DNA of 64,000 nucleotides from Actinomycetota bacterium (GTDB lineage Bacteria; Actinomycetota; UBA4738; HRBIN12). Shown here in pieces: positions 1-8,025 of this stretch (within the stretch, counting starts at the first letter, position 1; every line of letters begins with the position of its first letter). The stretch spans positions 1,832 to 65,831 of the forward strand of contig DATIWE010000061.1 of NCBI GenBank assembly GCA_035519495.1. Reading direction: 5' to 3'. The notes beneath the pieces are model-generated. The model worked only from the letters and a program-made list of their open reading frames with translations, was not told where the DNA came from and searched no databases. The translations under genes and the position numbers were made by a program.

Positions 1-337
1 TCAGGAGCGCCGGCCACAGGAGCAGCAGCTCGTACGCGATCTGCCACAGGCCGGTGGCCACGCCGGGCAAGTGCTGGACGAGATCGCCGACCCCGTTGTC
101 GGTCTGCGTGCTGTCCGGCGCCGGGATCAGGCACAACCACACGATCACGATCGAGACGACGAGCAGGACGACGTCCGTGGGGCGGCGCGAACGTGGGGCG
201 TCGCTCGCCGACGAGAACAGGCGAACGTGGAGGACCCGATGGACACGCGTGGGCCGAGGAGTCGGGTCGGCGGGAGCGTCGGGCAACGGAAGGTCGCTCT
301 CCGCCGCGGTCGGATCGCTGACCTCGGCACCGCTCAC
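1..337 (-). CDS. Partial (runs off left edge) flippase-like / lysylphosphatidylglycerol synthase TM family membrane protein, paralogue of 4713..7214
   Basis: Not in the ORF track. Minus-strand translation from GTG at 337 gives ...VRLFSSASDAPRSRRPTDVVLL...LPGVATGLWQIAYELLL, closely matching IRIFSSASDAPLARRPTDVVLL...LPGLAGWFWQISYNLLL in 4713..7214. In-frame ATGs at 385/388 are alternative starts. Confidence 0.85.
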   Translation of the reverse strand, partial: MSGAEVSDPTAAESDLPLPDAPADPTPRPTRVHRVLHVRLFSSASDAPRSRRPTDVVLLVVSIVIVWLCLIPAPDSTQTDNGVGDLVQHLPGVATGLWQIAYELLLLWPALL

Positions 338-455
338 GCGCGAAGCGTATACCGCCGAACCCGGGCCGAAGCGTCTCCGGCACATCATCCGAATCGGACG
401 ATGCCCGGGGACCGCGGACCCGAGAGGATAGGGCGCCCTTCGAGGAGGGGGAGCG

Positions 456-1259
456 ATGATGGTCGGAGCGGTCGCATCGCAGTCGGTCCACGTCGGCGGC
501 TTCGTGTGGGCCGGCGATTTCACGACGCTCGACCTGATCGCCGCCTCGACGAACGCGCTGAACGGTGCACTCCTCGCCCGGCGGCCGGACCACTTCAAGA
601 ACTTCACGGTCGTGGGCGTGATCCTGATGGCGGTGCTCGGGGGGATCGGCGGCGGGGTGACCCGCGATGTCCTGCTCAACACCATGCCCGCGGCACTCAC
701 CAACCCCGCCTACATCGTCCTGTGCCTCGCGTTCGGCGTGATCGGCTATCAGCTGGCCTACGCGAAGGGACAGCTCTTCCGAGAGGGGCTCTTCCAGTTC
801 ATGACGTCGTTCTCGCTTCCGATGTACGCGATCGTCGGTGCCCAGAAGGCGGAATCGACGGGGCTCCCGATCGCCGGGGTCCTCCTGATCGCCGTCATCG
901 GGCCGACCGCGGGACGGTGGTACATCGACATCTCGAGCGGGGTGACCCCGAAGCAGTTCATCCGGGGTGAGTGGTTCGTCGGCATCGCGATGCTGACGGG
1001 CGCGGTGTGGCTGATCTGCTTCTGGGCCGGGCTCAACACCTGGGCGTGCGCCGTGGTCGCGCTGCTGATCGGCTACACGGTCCGGGTGATGGCCCTGTAT
1101 CGCGCGTGGGAGGAACCGCTGGCGAGGGAGCCCGAAGGGGTCTACCTCCACAGCGACGGTCGGCCGATGCTCGGCCGGAAGCTCAAGGGCAAGTCGCAAC
1201 GCGAGCTGCGCGACCTCGGTCTGCTGGTCGAGGACGAGCCCTCGGGACGGGAAGGATAG
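456..1259 (+). CDS. TRIC (trimeric intracellular cation channel, UPF0126/YadS) family membrane protein
   Basis: Two internal repeats with GGIGGGVTRDVLL and GRWYIDISSG motifs, about 7 hydrophobic segments, RBS GGAG before the ATG. Confidence 0.8.
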   Translation: MMVGAVASQSVHVGGFVWAGDFTTLDLIAASTNALNGALLARRPDHFKNFTVVGVILMAVLGGIGGGVTRDVLLNTMPAALTNPAYIVLCLAFGVIGYQLAYAKGQLFREGLFQFMTSFSLPMYAIVGAQKAESTGLPIAGVLLIAVIGPTAGRWYIDISSGVTPKQFIRGEWFVGIAMLTGAVWLICFWAGLNTWACAVVALLIGYTVRVMALYRAWEEPLAREPEGVYLHSDGRPMLGRKLKGKSQRELRDLGLLVEDEPSGREG

Positions 1260-1311
1260 GAGGGGCGTGCAGCCGTTCGCGCCGCTCCTATCCGGATGAC
1301 CGGATCTCCCG

Positions 1312-2229
1312 GTGCTGTTCCTCCGAGCCTTCGCAGCACCAGCGGACGCCGCCGCCGCGGTGGGGGCGCTCGAAGGGATCCCTCAGGTCGCGCACGTGAT
1401 GCGGCAATCCACGGCCGACGGTCGAGAGGAGATGATCACCGCCGATCTCGAAACGGCGGGGGTCGATCGGGCGCTTGAGCTGCTCCTCGAGGTCGGTCTC
1501 GATCCCGACCTCATCACGGTGGAACGGACGATCACGATCGGCCCGGTCGAACGGCATCGCGGTCGGTGGCTGCATCACGGGTCCCAACCCGTGGTGTGGG
1601 CCGAGGTCGTGGAGGGCGCCCGCGACAACGCTGAGCTGCCGGCACGGTACCTCCTGTACATGTTCGTCGCTGGGGTCCTCGCGGCGTTCGCCGTCCTGTT
1701 GCAGAACACGACGTTGATCGTCGGCGCGATGGCGGTCAGCCCGGACCTCCTCCCGGTCACCGCGGCCTGCGTCGGCATCGTCGGGCGTCGACCCCGCTTG
1801 TTCGGACGGGCGATCGGAGCACTCGCGCTGGGTTTGACGGTCTCGACGGTCACCGCCTGGGCGCTCACCTGGATCCTCGACCGAACGGGCTACCTGGCCG
1901 CAAAGCTGCCTACCGTATCGGAGCTGATCGTGATCCCGAGCACGGAACTGCTCCTGCCGATCGTGCTGGTCGCGTTCGTCGCGGGGATCGCGGGGATGAT
2001 CGCCGTCGAGACCCGCGCCAGCGCCGCCGTCGGCGTGGCGATCTCCGTCACAACGATCCCGGCGGCCGCGTATACCGGTGTCGCCCTCGCGATCGGGACG
2101 AGCAGCGACTGGCTCGCCGGGATCGGCGTCTTGACCCTCAATGTCCTGTGCCTGCTGGTCGGCGGCTCGTTAACGCTGGCGGTCCAGCGGCTCTTGCGGA
2201 AGCGAGGCGGCCCCTCCGCACAGCTGTGA
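1312..2229 (+). CDS. DUF389 family membrane protein
   Basis: IVGAMAVSP, AGIAG and VGVAISVTTIPAA motifs typical of DUF389, with a soluble N-terminal domain. Start position uncertain. Confidence 0.8.
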   Translation: MLFLRAFAAPADAAAAVGALEGIPQVAHVMRQSTADGREEMITADLETAGVDRALELLLEVGLDPDLITVERTITIGPVERHRGRWLHHGSQPVVWAEVVEGARDNAELPARYLLYMFVAGVLAAFAVLLQNTTLIVGAMAVSPDLLPVTAACVGIVGRRPRLFGRAIGALALGLTVSTVTAWALTWILDRTGYLAAKLPTVSELIVIPSTELLLPIVLVAFVAGIAGMIAVETRASAAVGVAISVTTIPAAAYTGVALAIGTSSDWLAGIGVLTLNVLCLLVGGSLTLAVQRLLRKRGGPSAQL

Positions 2230-2248
2230 CCGCCCGTGCCGGGGTGGA

Positions 2249-4522
2249 CTAGCCCTCCAGGAGTCCGACCGTGCGCGCCTGGCGGATCGCGTCGCTCCTC
2301 GACGAGACGCCGAGCTTCCGGTAGATCGAGATGGCCTGGGACTTCACGGTGTTGGGCGAGAGGTAGAACTCTTCGCCGATCTCCCGGAACGACAGGTGGG
2401 TGGACAGATACGGGAGCAACCGCAGCTCCGCAGTGGTCAGCGTATGGAAGCCGCCGTTCGGATCCCGTTCCGACCCCAACTGTGACCGCAACTGGGCGGT
2501 CTGCTCGGCGAGGACCCCGAGGTCGGGCTGCCGTTGGAGCACCTCGGAGATCTCCCGCAGGAGCGTCCTGGCAGCGGCGAACTCGTCGAGCCCGACGTAG
2601 GCCCGAGCGAGCTCCAGCCGCGTCTGCACGGCCAGGTACGGGAGGGCATGGGTGAGCTGCCCCCGAAGACGTTGCGCATGCACGAGGTAGCCACGCGCGG
2701 CCTCCGCGTCTCCTCGGTGCACAGCGACCCGTGACGACGCAGCATCCACGAGGGCGGTCGTGGAGTACTCTCCCAGATGCGCGCTGTCGACGTGCGTGCG
2801 TGCCTCCTCGGCCAGCTCCTCGGCCTCCTCCCACGCTCCGCGCCACGCCGCGAGCAGCGACCGCTCGGCCAACGCGAGGACGAGGTCCACGCTCGTCCCC
2901 AACGCCTCGTTGACCTCGATCGCCTCCTCGAACGCGCGATCGGCCGCGTCGGCGTCTCCGGCGAGCATGATGGCGATCCCGCGGAGGAGGTACGGCGTCC
3001 CGAGTGCGCTACCGAACCGCGCGATCGCTTCCTCCGCATCGGCCCTCATGGCCTCGAACCCGCGGCGGCACATGGCGGCCTGCAGCTGAAGGGCGAGGGC
3101 CTCGGTCAGCGACGCCTCCTCTGGGGAGAGCCCATCGAGTTGCCGCCGATCGACGGCCTCAGCCCAGCGCTCGGCCGCCGCCGCCTGCCCGGTCAGGGCG
3201 AAGAGCCAGGACGCTTGGACCGCGACGAGCGGATACCGGTCGATCCCCCCTCGCTCCAGCAGCCATCCGAACCACCGCTGGACGGTCGACATCCGCCCTG
3301 CGCGGTGCATCGGGAGCGTGAGCATCCCGACGAGCCGTGCGACGGTGTCCTCGTCGGAGGCCGCGATCGCGTACTCCACCGCATCCTCCGGCCTCCCGTT
3401 GGCCTCGCACCACGCCGCCGCTCGACTCCGCAATGCGGCCGCGACGCCGGGCTCGGTCCGTTCCAGCTCCGTCTCGAGCATCTCGCGGAACAGATGGTGG
3501 TACCGGTACCACTCGCCCCGTCGATCGAGCGGGACCAGCAGGTGGTTGGTGCGCTGGATCTGCTCGAGCATCTGGGCCGACCCGGTGTCTTGCAGGACCG
3601 CATCGCACAGGGCGCCGGACATCCGCTCGAGCACGGCCGAGCGTGTGAGGAACGTGACCTGCTTCGCAGGTTGGTGCGACAGCACCTCGAAGGCGAGGTA
3701 CTCGCTGATGAATCGATCGTCCCCGCGGAACGCGCTGACGCCGGCACCCCCCGAGCCGCCGGCTCGCAGGGACATGGCCGCCAGATACAGCCCAACGGGC
3801 CAGCCCTCCGTCTTCTCGTAGAGCTCGGTCACGGCATCGGCGGGGAGCATGATGCCGGCATCCCGGAGGAGAGCCTCGGAGCCGGCGAGATCGAGCATCA
3901 GATCCTCGGGTCCGATCTCCTGGACGCGGCCCTCGGCGCGGAGCCGTGCCAAGCGGAGGGGTGGCTTCGCCCGGGACGCGAGTGCGATCCGAGACCCGGC
4001 GGGTACGTGGTCGGCCAGCACGGCGACCGCCGCTTGGCACTCCCGGGCATGGAGCAGATGCGCGTCGTCGAGCACCAGGACAACCGGGCGCGTCCTCGAG
4101 GAGAACGCCCTCGCGAGCCGAGGGATCACCATCGCCGCCGCGGAACTCCCCGACGAGGTCAGGGCCTCGAACACCGCCGGATCGACGGGCTCGATCCGAT
4201 CGAGCGCGGCAGCGACATACGTGAGCAGGACCATCGGATCGTTGTCTTGCTCGTCCAACGAAACCCACGCGAAGGCGTGGCCGTTGCGCTCCGCCCAGGC
4301 GGCGAGCAGCGTCGTCTTGCCGTACCCGGCCGGAGCGACGACGCTGACGATAGGTGCGCCGTCGGCGGCGGACAGCGCGTCGAGGAGGTCCGAGCGACCG
4401 ACGATCCTCGATCGCGGCCGCGGTGGAGCGAGTTTCGACGATAGGAGCTCGAACGACGTTTGCGGCGCTCGCTGGGCACGCTCAGGCCCCGAGCGCGTCC
4501 TGGAGCGAGTCCTCTCCCCCAC
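2249..4522 (-). CDS. MalT-like LuxR family transcriptional regulator (STAND NTPase + helical repeats + LuxR HTH)
   Basis: Walker A APAGYGKTT, Walker B LVLDDAH, TEGWPVGL and YRYHHLF motifs, C-terminal LTTAELRLL...SPNTVKSQAISIYRKLGVSSR HTH. Confidence 0.92.
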   Translation of the reverse strand: MGERTRSRTRSGPERAQRAPQTSFELLSSKLAPPRPRSRIVGRSDLLDALSAADGAPIVSVVAPAGYGKTTLLAAWAERNGHAFAWVSLDEQDNDPMVLLTYVAAALDRIEPVDPAVFEALTSSGSSAAAMVIPRLARAFSSRTRPVVLVLDDAHLLHARECQAAVAVLADHVPAGSRIALASRAKPPLRLARLRAEGRVQEIGPEDLMLDLAGSEALLRDAGIMLPADAVTELYEKTEGWPVGLYLAAMSLRAGGSGGAGVSAFRGDDRFISEYLAFEVLSHQPAKQVTFLTRSAVLERMSGALCDAVLQDTGSAQMLEQIQRTNHLLVPLDRRGEWYRYHHLFREMLETELERTEPGVAAALRSRAAAWCEANGRPEDAVEYAIAASDEDTVARLVGMLTLPMHRAGRMSTVQRWFGWLLERGGIDRYPLVAVQASWLFALTGQAAAAERWAEAVDRRQLDGLSPEEASLTEALALQLQAAMCRRGFEAMRADAEEAIARFGSALGTPYLLRGIAIMLAGDADAADRAFEEAIEVNEALGTSVDLVLALAERSLLAAWRGAWEEAEELAEEARTHVDSAHLGEYSTTALVDAASSRVAVHRGDAEAARGYLVHAQRLRGQLTHALPYLAVQTRLELARAYVGLDEFAAARTLLREISEVLQRQPDLGVLAEQTAQLRSQLGSERDPNGGFHTLTTAELRLLPYLSTHLSFREIGEEFYLSPNTVKSQAISIYRKLGVSSRSDAIRQARTVGLLEG

Positions 4523-4712
4523 CCGTTCCCCCCCCGGTCCTCGTCGCGGAGCATCATACGCACGTCCGTTCGGGCGTCAGGCTTGGCGTCACCGTCGGGC
4601 GATCCCCATCCTCGCCGGAGCAGCATCGAGCAGGCGCGTTGCGAGGGAACTAAGGTTTGCGTGTGGAAGACGTCGCCGGGCGAACGTCGCGCCGAACCGT
4701 GGGTGAACACCC

Positions 4713-7214
4713 GTGAAACAGGAGGAGGACACTTCGGCGGCTCGGGACGTGCCTGACCGTGGGTCGCCAGAGGCCGAACCGACTCGGAACGTCCACAAGC
4801 TCCGTCGCGCGGACATCCGCATCTTCTCCTCGGCGAGCGACGCCCCGCTCGCCCGCCGCCCGACCGACGTCGTCCTGCTTCTCCTCTGCGTCCTGGGCGT
4901 GCTGATCCTGGCGATCCCCGCCCCTGGTCCCACCGCGCTCGACATGACCGTGAGCAACCTGGTCAAGGAGCTCCCGGGCCTGGCCGGATGGTTCTGGCAG
5001 ATCTCGTACAACCTCCTGCTCGCGTGGGCCCTCGTGCTCCTCCTCGTCGCCTTGGTCACGCACGGGAGGAAACGGCTGCTGTTCCACGAACTGCTCGCCG
5101 GCGCCCTCGCGTTCGGCTTCGCGATGCTCGCCGGGCGAGCGTCGGGAACGGAGCTGACCGTCAGCGTCGGAGCCGTGGGCGCGTCGCAGCCGCCGGCGAT
5201 CTACCTCGCGGTGCGTCTCGCGATCGCGACGGCGATCGTCGTCATGGCCTCGCCGCACATGAGTCGCCCGCTGCGGTTCGTGGGGCGATGGGTCGTGTTG
5301 ACGGGGGCGGTGGCGGGGATCGCGCTCGGCGTCACGCTCCCGATCGGGATGATCGCCGGGGCGCTGATCGGACTGGGCTCTGCCGCGATCGTGCATCTGG
5401 CGTTCGGCTCGCCTGCCGGGCGCCTCACGCTGGATCAGATCGCACTCGCCCTCGAGGACCTCGACGTCGAAGCGACGGACCTCCGGCACGCACCCCTGGA
5501 ACCGCGCGGAGCCGGGTTGGCGACGGCGTCCGATCCGGACGGTCGCGCCCTCCAAGTGAAGGTCTACGGCCGCGACGCGAGGGACGGGCAGCTGCTGACG
5601 ACGACCTGGGCGTCGATCTGGCATCGAGGCGAGACGCCGCACCTCGGCGCGGGGCGGCTGCAGCAGGTCGAACACGAGGCGTTCATGACGCTGATGGCCG
5701 AGCGAGGCGGCGTCGCCGTGCTGCCGGTCGTCGCCGCCGGGATGGCCGACGGGCGTGACGCGCTGCTGGTCACGGAAGTCACCGGCCGCCCGCTGGATCT
5801 GTTGCGGCCGGAGGAGATCACCGACGGGGTGTTGGCCGAGACGTGGAGGGACATCGTCCTGCTCGGCGAGCTCGGGATCGCCCACGGCATGATCGACGTC
5901 GACACGATCGTGCTCCGCCCCGATGGCCACCCCGCGATGGGGGATTTCGGGAGGGCGAAGGTCGCCGCCACCGAAGCGGCGGTGATGACCGATCGCGCCC
6001 AGCTCCTCGTGTCGACCGCGATCCTCGTCGGCCCCGAGCGAGCCGTCTCGGCGGCCGCGGAGGTGCTGGACCCCGACGCCCTCGCACGCGTGATCCCGTT
6101 CGTCCAACCCGCCGTCCTCGACCGAGCCACACGTCGCGCCGTGCACGGGGGATCGTGGGACCTCGACGAGGTGCGCGACCTGGCGGCGGCCGCCGCCGGC
6201 GTGGAACCCCCGAAGCTCGAGCGGGTCCGACGGGTCACGGTGGGCTCGGTCGTGAAGGTCGTGCTGATCGGCCTGCTCGCGTACTGGCTGATCGCTTCGC
6301 TCGCCGGCGTCGATATCCAGCAGATCGTCGACGAGCTGAAGTCGGCCGACACCGTGTGGATCTGGGCGGCGCTCGCCATCGTGCCGTTCGTCCAAGTGGC
6401 GCAGGCCTTCTCGACGATCGGCGCCTCGATCCTCCCGGTCCGGTTCGTCCCGGTCCTCATGCTCGAATACGCGATCCAGTTCATCGCGCTCGCGGTGCCC
6501 AGCTCGGCAGCCCGGGTCGCGCTCGAGATCCGGTTCTTCCAGCGCCAGGGAGCCGACGTCGGCGGCGCCGCATCGATCGGGCTGATCGACAGCGTCAGCG
6601 GGTTCGCGATCCAGATGGTGCTGATCCTCGTGATCACGCTAACCGGCCTGGCCACCTTGACCCGGCCCTCGTCGAGCTCCAGTTCCTCGTCCAGCAGCTC
6701 GTCGAGCAGCGGACAGAACGCGTGGATCCTCCTGGTCGTGCTGCTCATCCTCGGGCTGATCCTCGCGCTGGCGATCCCTCGCTACCGGAAGATGCTGAAA
6801 GAGGCCGTGCCTCGGTATCGCGCGATGCTCAAGGAGCAGGCGTCGGCAGCCAGGACGGCGCTCCGTGTGCTCCGCCAGCCGACGAACGTCGCGATGCTGC
6901 TCGGCGGCAACCTCACGGCCCAGCTCCTGCTGGCGATCATCCTCGGGCTGTGCCTGAAGGCGTTCGGCTACAGCGCCACGCTCGCGCAGCTGATCCTCGT
7001 GAACACGATCGTGAGCCTGTTCGCCGGCTTCATGCCGGTGCCCGGCGGCATGGGCGTCGCGGAAGCCGGCTACACGGCGGGACTCGAAGCGATCGGGGTC
7101 CCGAGCGCCGCGGCCGTCTCGACTGCGATCGCGTTCCGCCTGGTCACGTTCTACCTCCCGCCACTCTGGGGGACGTTCTCGATGCGCTGGCTGCGCCGGC
7201 ATGAGTTCGTCTGA
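4713..7214 (+). CDS. Membrane protein: N-terminal TM region + kinase-like domain + lysylphosphatidylglycerol synthase TM (flippase-like, UPF0104) domain
   Basis: VKVYGRD and GDFG kinase-fold motifs in the middle; C-terminal PVPGGMGVAE...FRLVTFYLP flippase motif. Confidence 0.8.
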   Translation: MKQEEDTSAARDVPDRGSPEAEPTRNVHKLRRADIRIFSSASDAPLARRPTDVVLLLLCVLGVLILAIPAPGPTALDMTVSNLVKELPGLAGWFWQISYNLLLAWALVLLLVALVTHGRKRLLFHELLAGALAFGFAMLAGRASGTELTVSVGAVGASQPPAIYLAVRLAIATAIVVMASPHMSRPLRFVGRWVVLTGAVAGIALGVTLPIGMIAGALIGLGSAAIVHLAFGSPAGRLTLDQIALALEDLDVEATDLRHAPLEPRGAGLATASDPDGRALQVKVYGRDARDGQLLTTTWASIWHRGETPHLGAGRLQQVEHEAFMTLMAERGGVAVLPVVAAGMADGRDALLVTEVTGRPLDLLRPEEITDGVLAETWRDIVLLGELGIAHGMIDVDTIVLRPDGHPAMGDFGRAKVAATEAAVMTDRAQLLVSTAILVGPERAVSAAAEVLDPDALARVIPFVQPAVLDRATRRAVHGGSWDLDEVRDLAAAAAGVEPPKLERVRRVTVGSVVKVVLIGLLAYWLIASLAGVDIQQIVDELKSADTVWIWAALAIVPFVQVAQAFSTIGASILPVRFVPVLMLEYAIQFIALAVPSSAARVALEIRFFQRQGADVGGAASIGLIDSVSGFAIQMVLILVITLTGLATLTRPSSSSSSSSSSSSSSGQNAWILLVVLLILGLILALAIPRYRKMLKEAVPRYRAMLKEQASAARTALRVLRQPTNVAMLLGGNLTAQLLLAIILGLCLKAFGYSATLAQLILVNTIVSLFAGFMPVPGGMGVAEAGYTAGLEAIGVPSAAAVSTAIAFRLVTFYLPPLWGTFSMRWLRRHEFV

Positions 7215-7216
7215 CG

Positions 7217-7245
7217 GCGGTGACGCGGACTTTGCCGCTCACCGC
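7217..7245. terminator. Hairpin between convergent genes, probable bidirectional terminator
   Basis: GCGGTGA(C)GCGG-ACTTTG-CCGCTCACCGC: 11-bp stem with one bulge, between stops at 7214 and 7245. Confidence 0.6.
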
Positions 7246-7901
7246 TAGAAGGCGTTGATGGCGCGCGCGATGACGATGATCGCCGTGAGCAGCGACACGA
7301 CCGACTCCAGCATCATCGCCAGCTTCGCCCAGGTCTTCACCGGCAGGGTGTCCGTCGGGCTGAACGCGGTCGCGTTCGTGAACGAGAGGTAGAGGTAGTC
7401 CGGATACCTCGGGATCCAGCCGGCGTCGGCGAACTCCGGCATCGCGTTCTCGGGGAAGGCGAAGCTGAGGGGGATGTCGGAGCCGGCGGCCCGCTCCGCC
7501 GGCCCGCCACGGTCGAGCTCCCAGAACCACAGGCTGAACGCGATCACGTTCGTCAACCAGATCGCCCCGCCCCGGCCGAACAGGTTGTCGGCGCTGAGTC
7601 CGGGCCTCCCGGCGAGGATGTCGTAGATCAGCACGCTCAGGCCCGTCACCATGCCAACCGTCATGACGGTGATCAGCGCGAGCGTGATGCGGCGCGCCCG
7701 TGCGCTAACGTCGTCGACCCGGCCCGGATCGACGGCGACGAGGACCCCGAGCAACAACAGCTCCAACACCGGGACGATCCACCCTCCCGTGACACGCCCG
7801 GCCTTCGGCGTTCCCACCTGGAGCCCGATCGTGACGAGGACGGCCAGCGCCATCGGCCACCGCCGCTCGGCGCGTGTTGCGACGGCTTCCGGTTCGCTCA
7901 T
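7245..7901 (-). CDS. DUF1345 family membrane protein
   Basis: FWELDRGGP, F.FP and YPDYLYLSFTNATAFSPTDTLP motifs. RBS GGAGGGGGAG. Confidence 0.8.
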   Translation of the reverse strand: MSEPEAVATRAERRWPMALAVLVTIGLQVGTPKAGRVTGGWIVPVLELLLLGVLVAVDPGRVDDVSARARRITLALITVMTVGMVTGLSVLIYDILAGRPGLSADNLFGRGGAIWLTNVIAFSLWFWELDRGGPAERAAGSDIPLSFAFPENAMPEFADAGWIPRYPDYLYLSFTNATAFSPTDTLPVKTWAKLAMMLESVVSLLTAIIVIARAINAF

Positions 7902-8025
7902 CTCCCCCTCCGCTGCGCGGCATGCTACCCGTGCGCGGAACGTTCATCTCCGCCGGCGTCGCGGGCTCCGGTGTTGCCGGAACGTCCGTGTAGCATGCAC
8001 TTCCCGCGGCGAAAGGGAGGCACGG

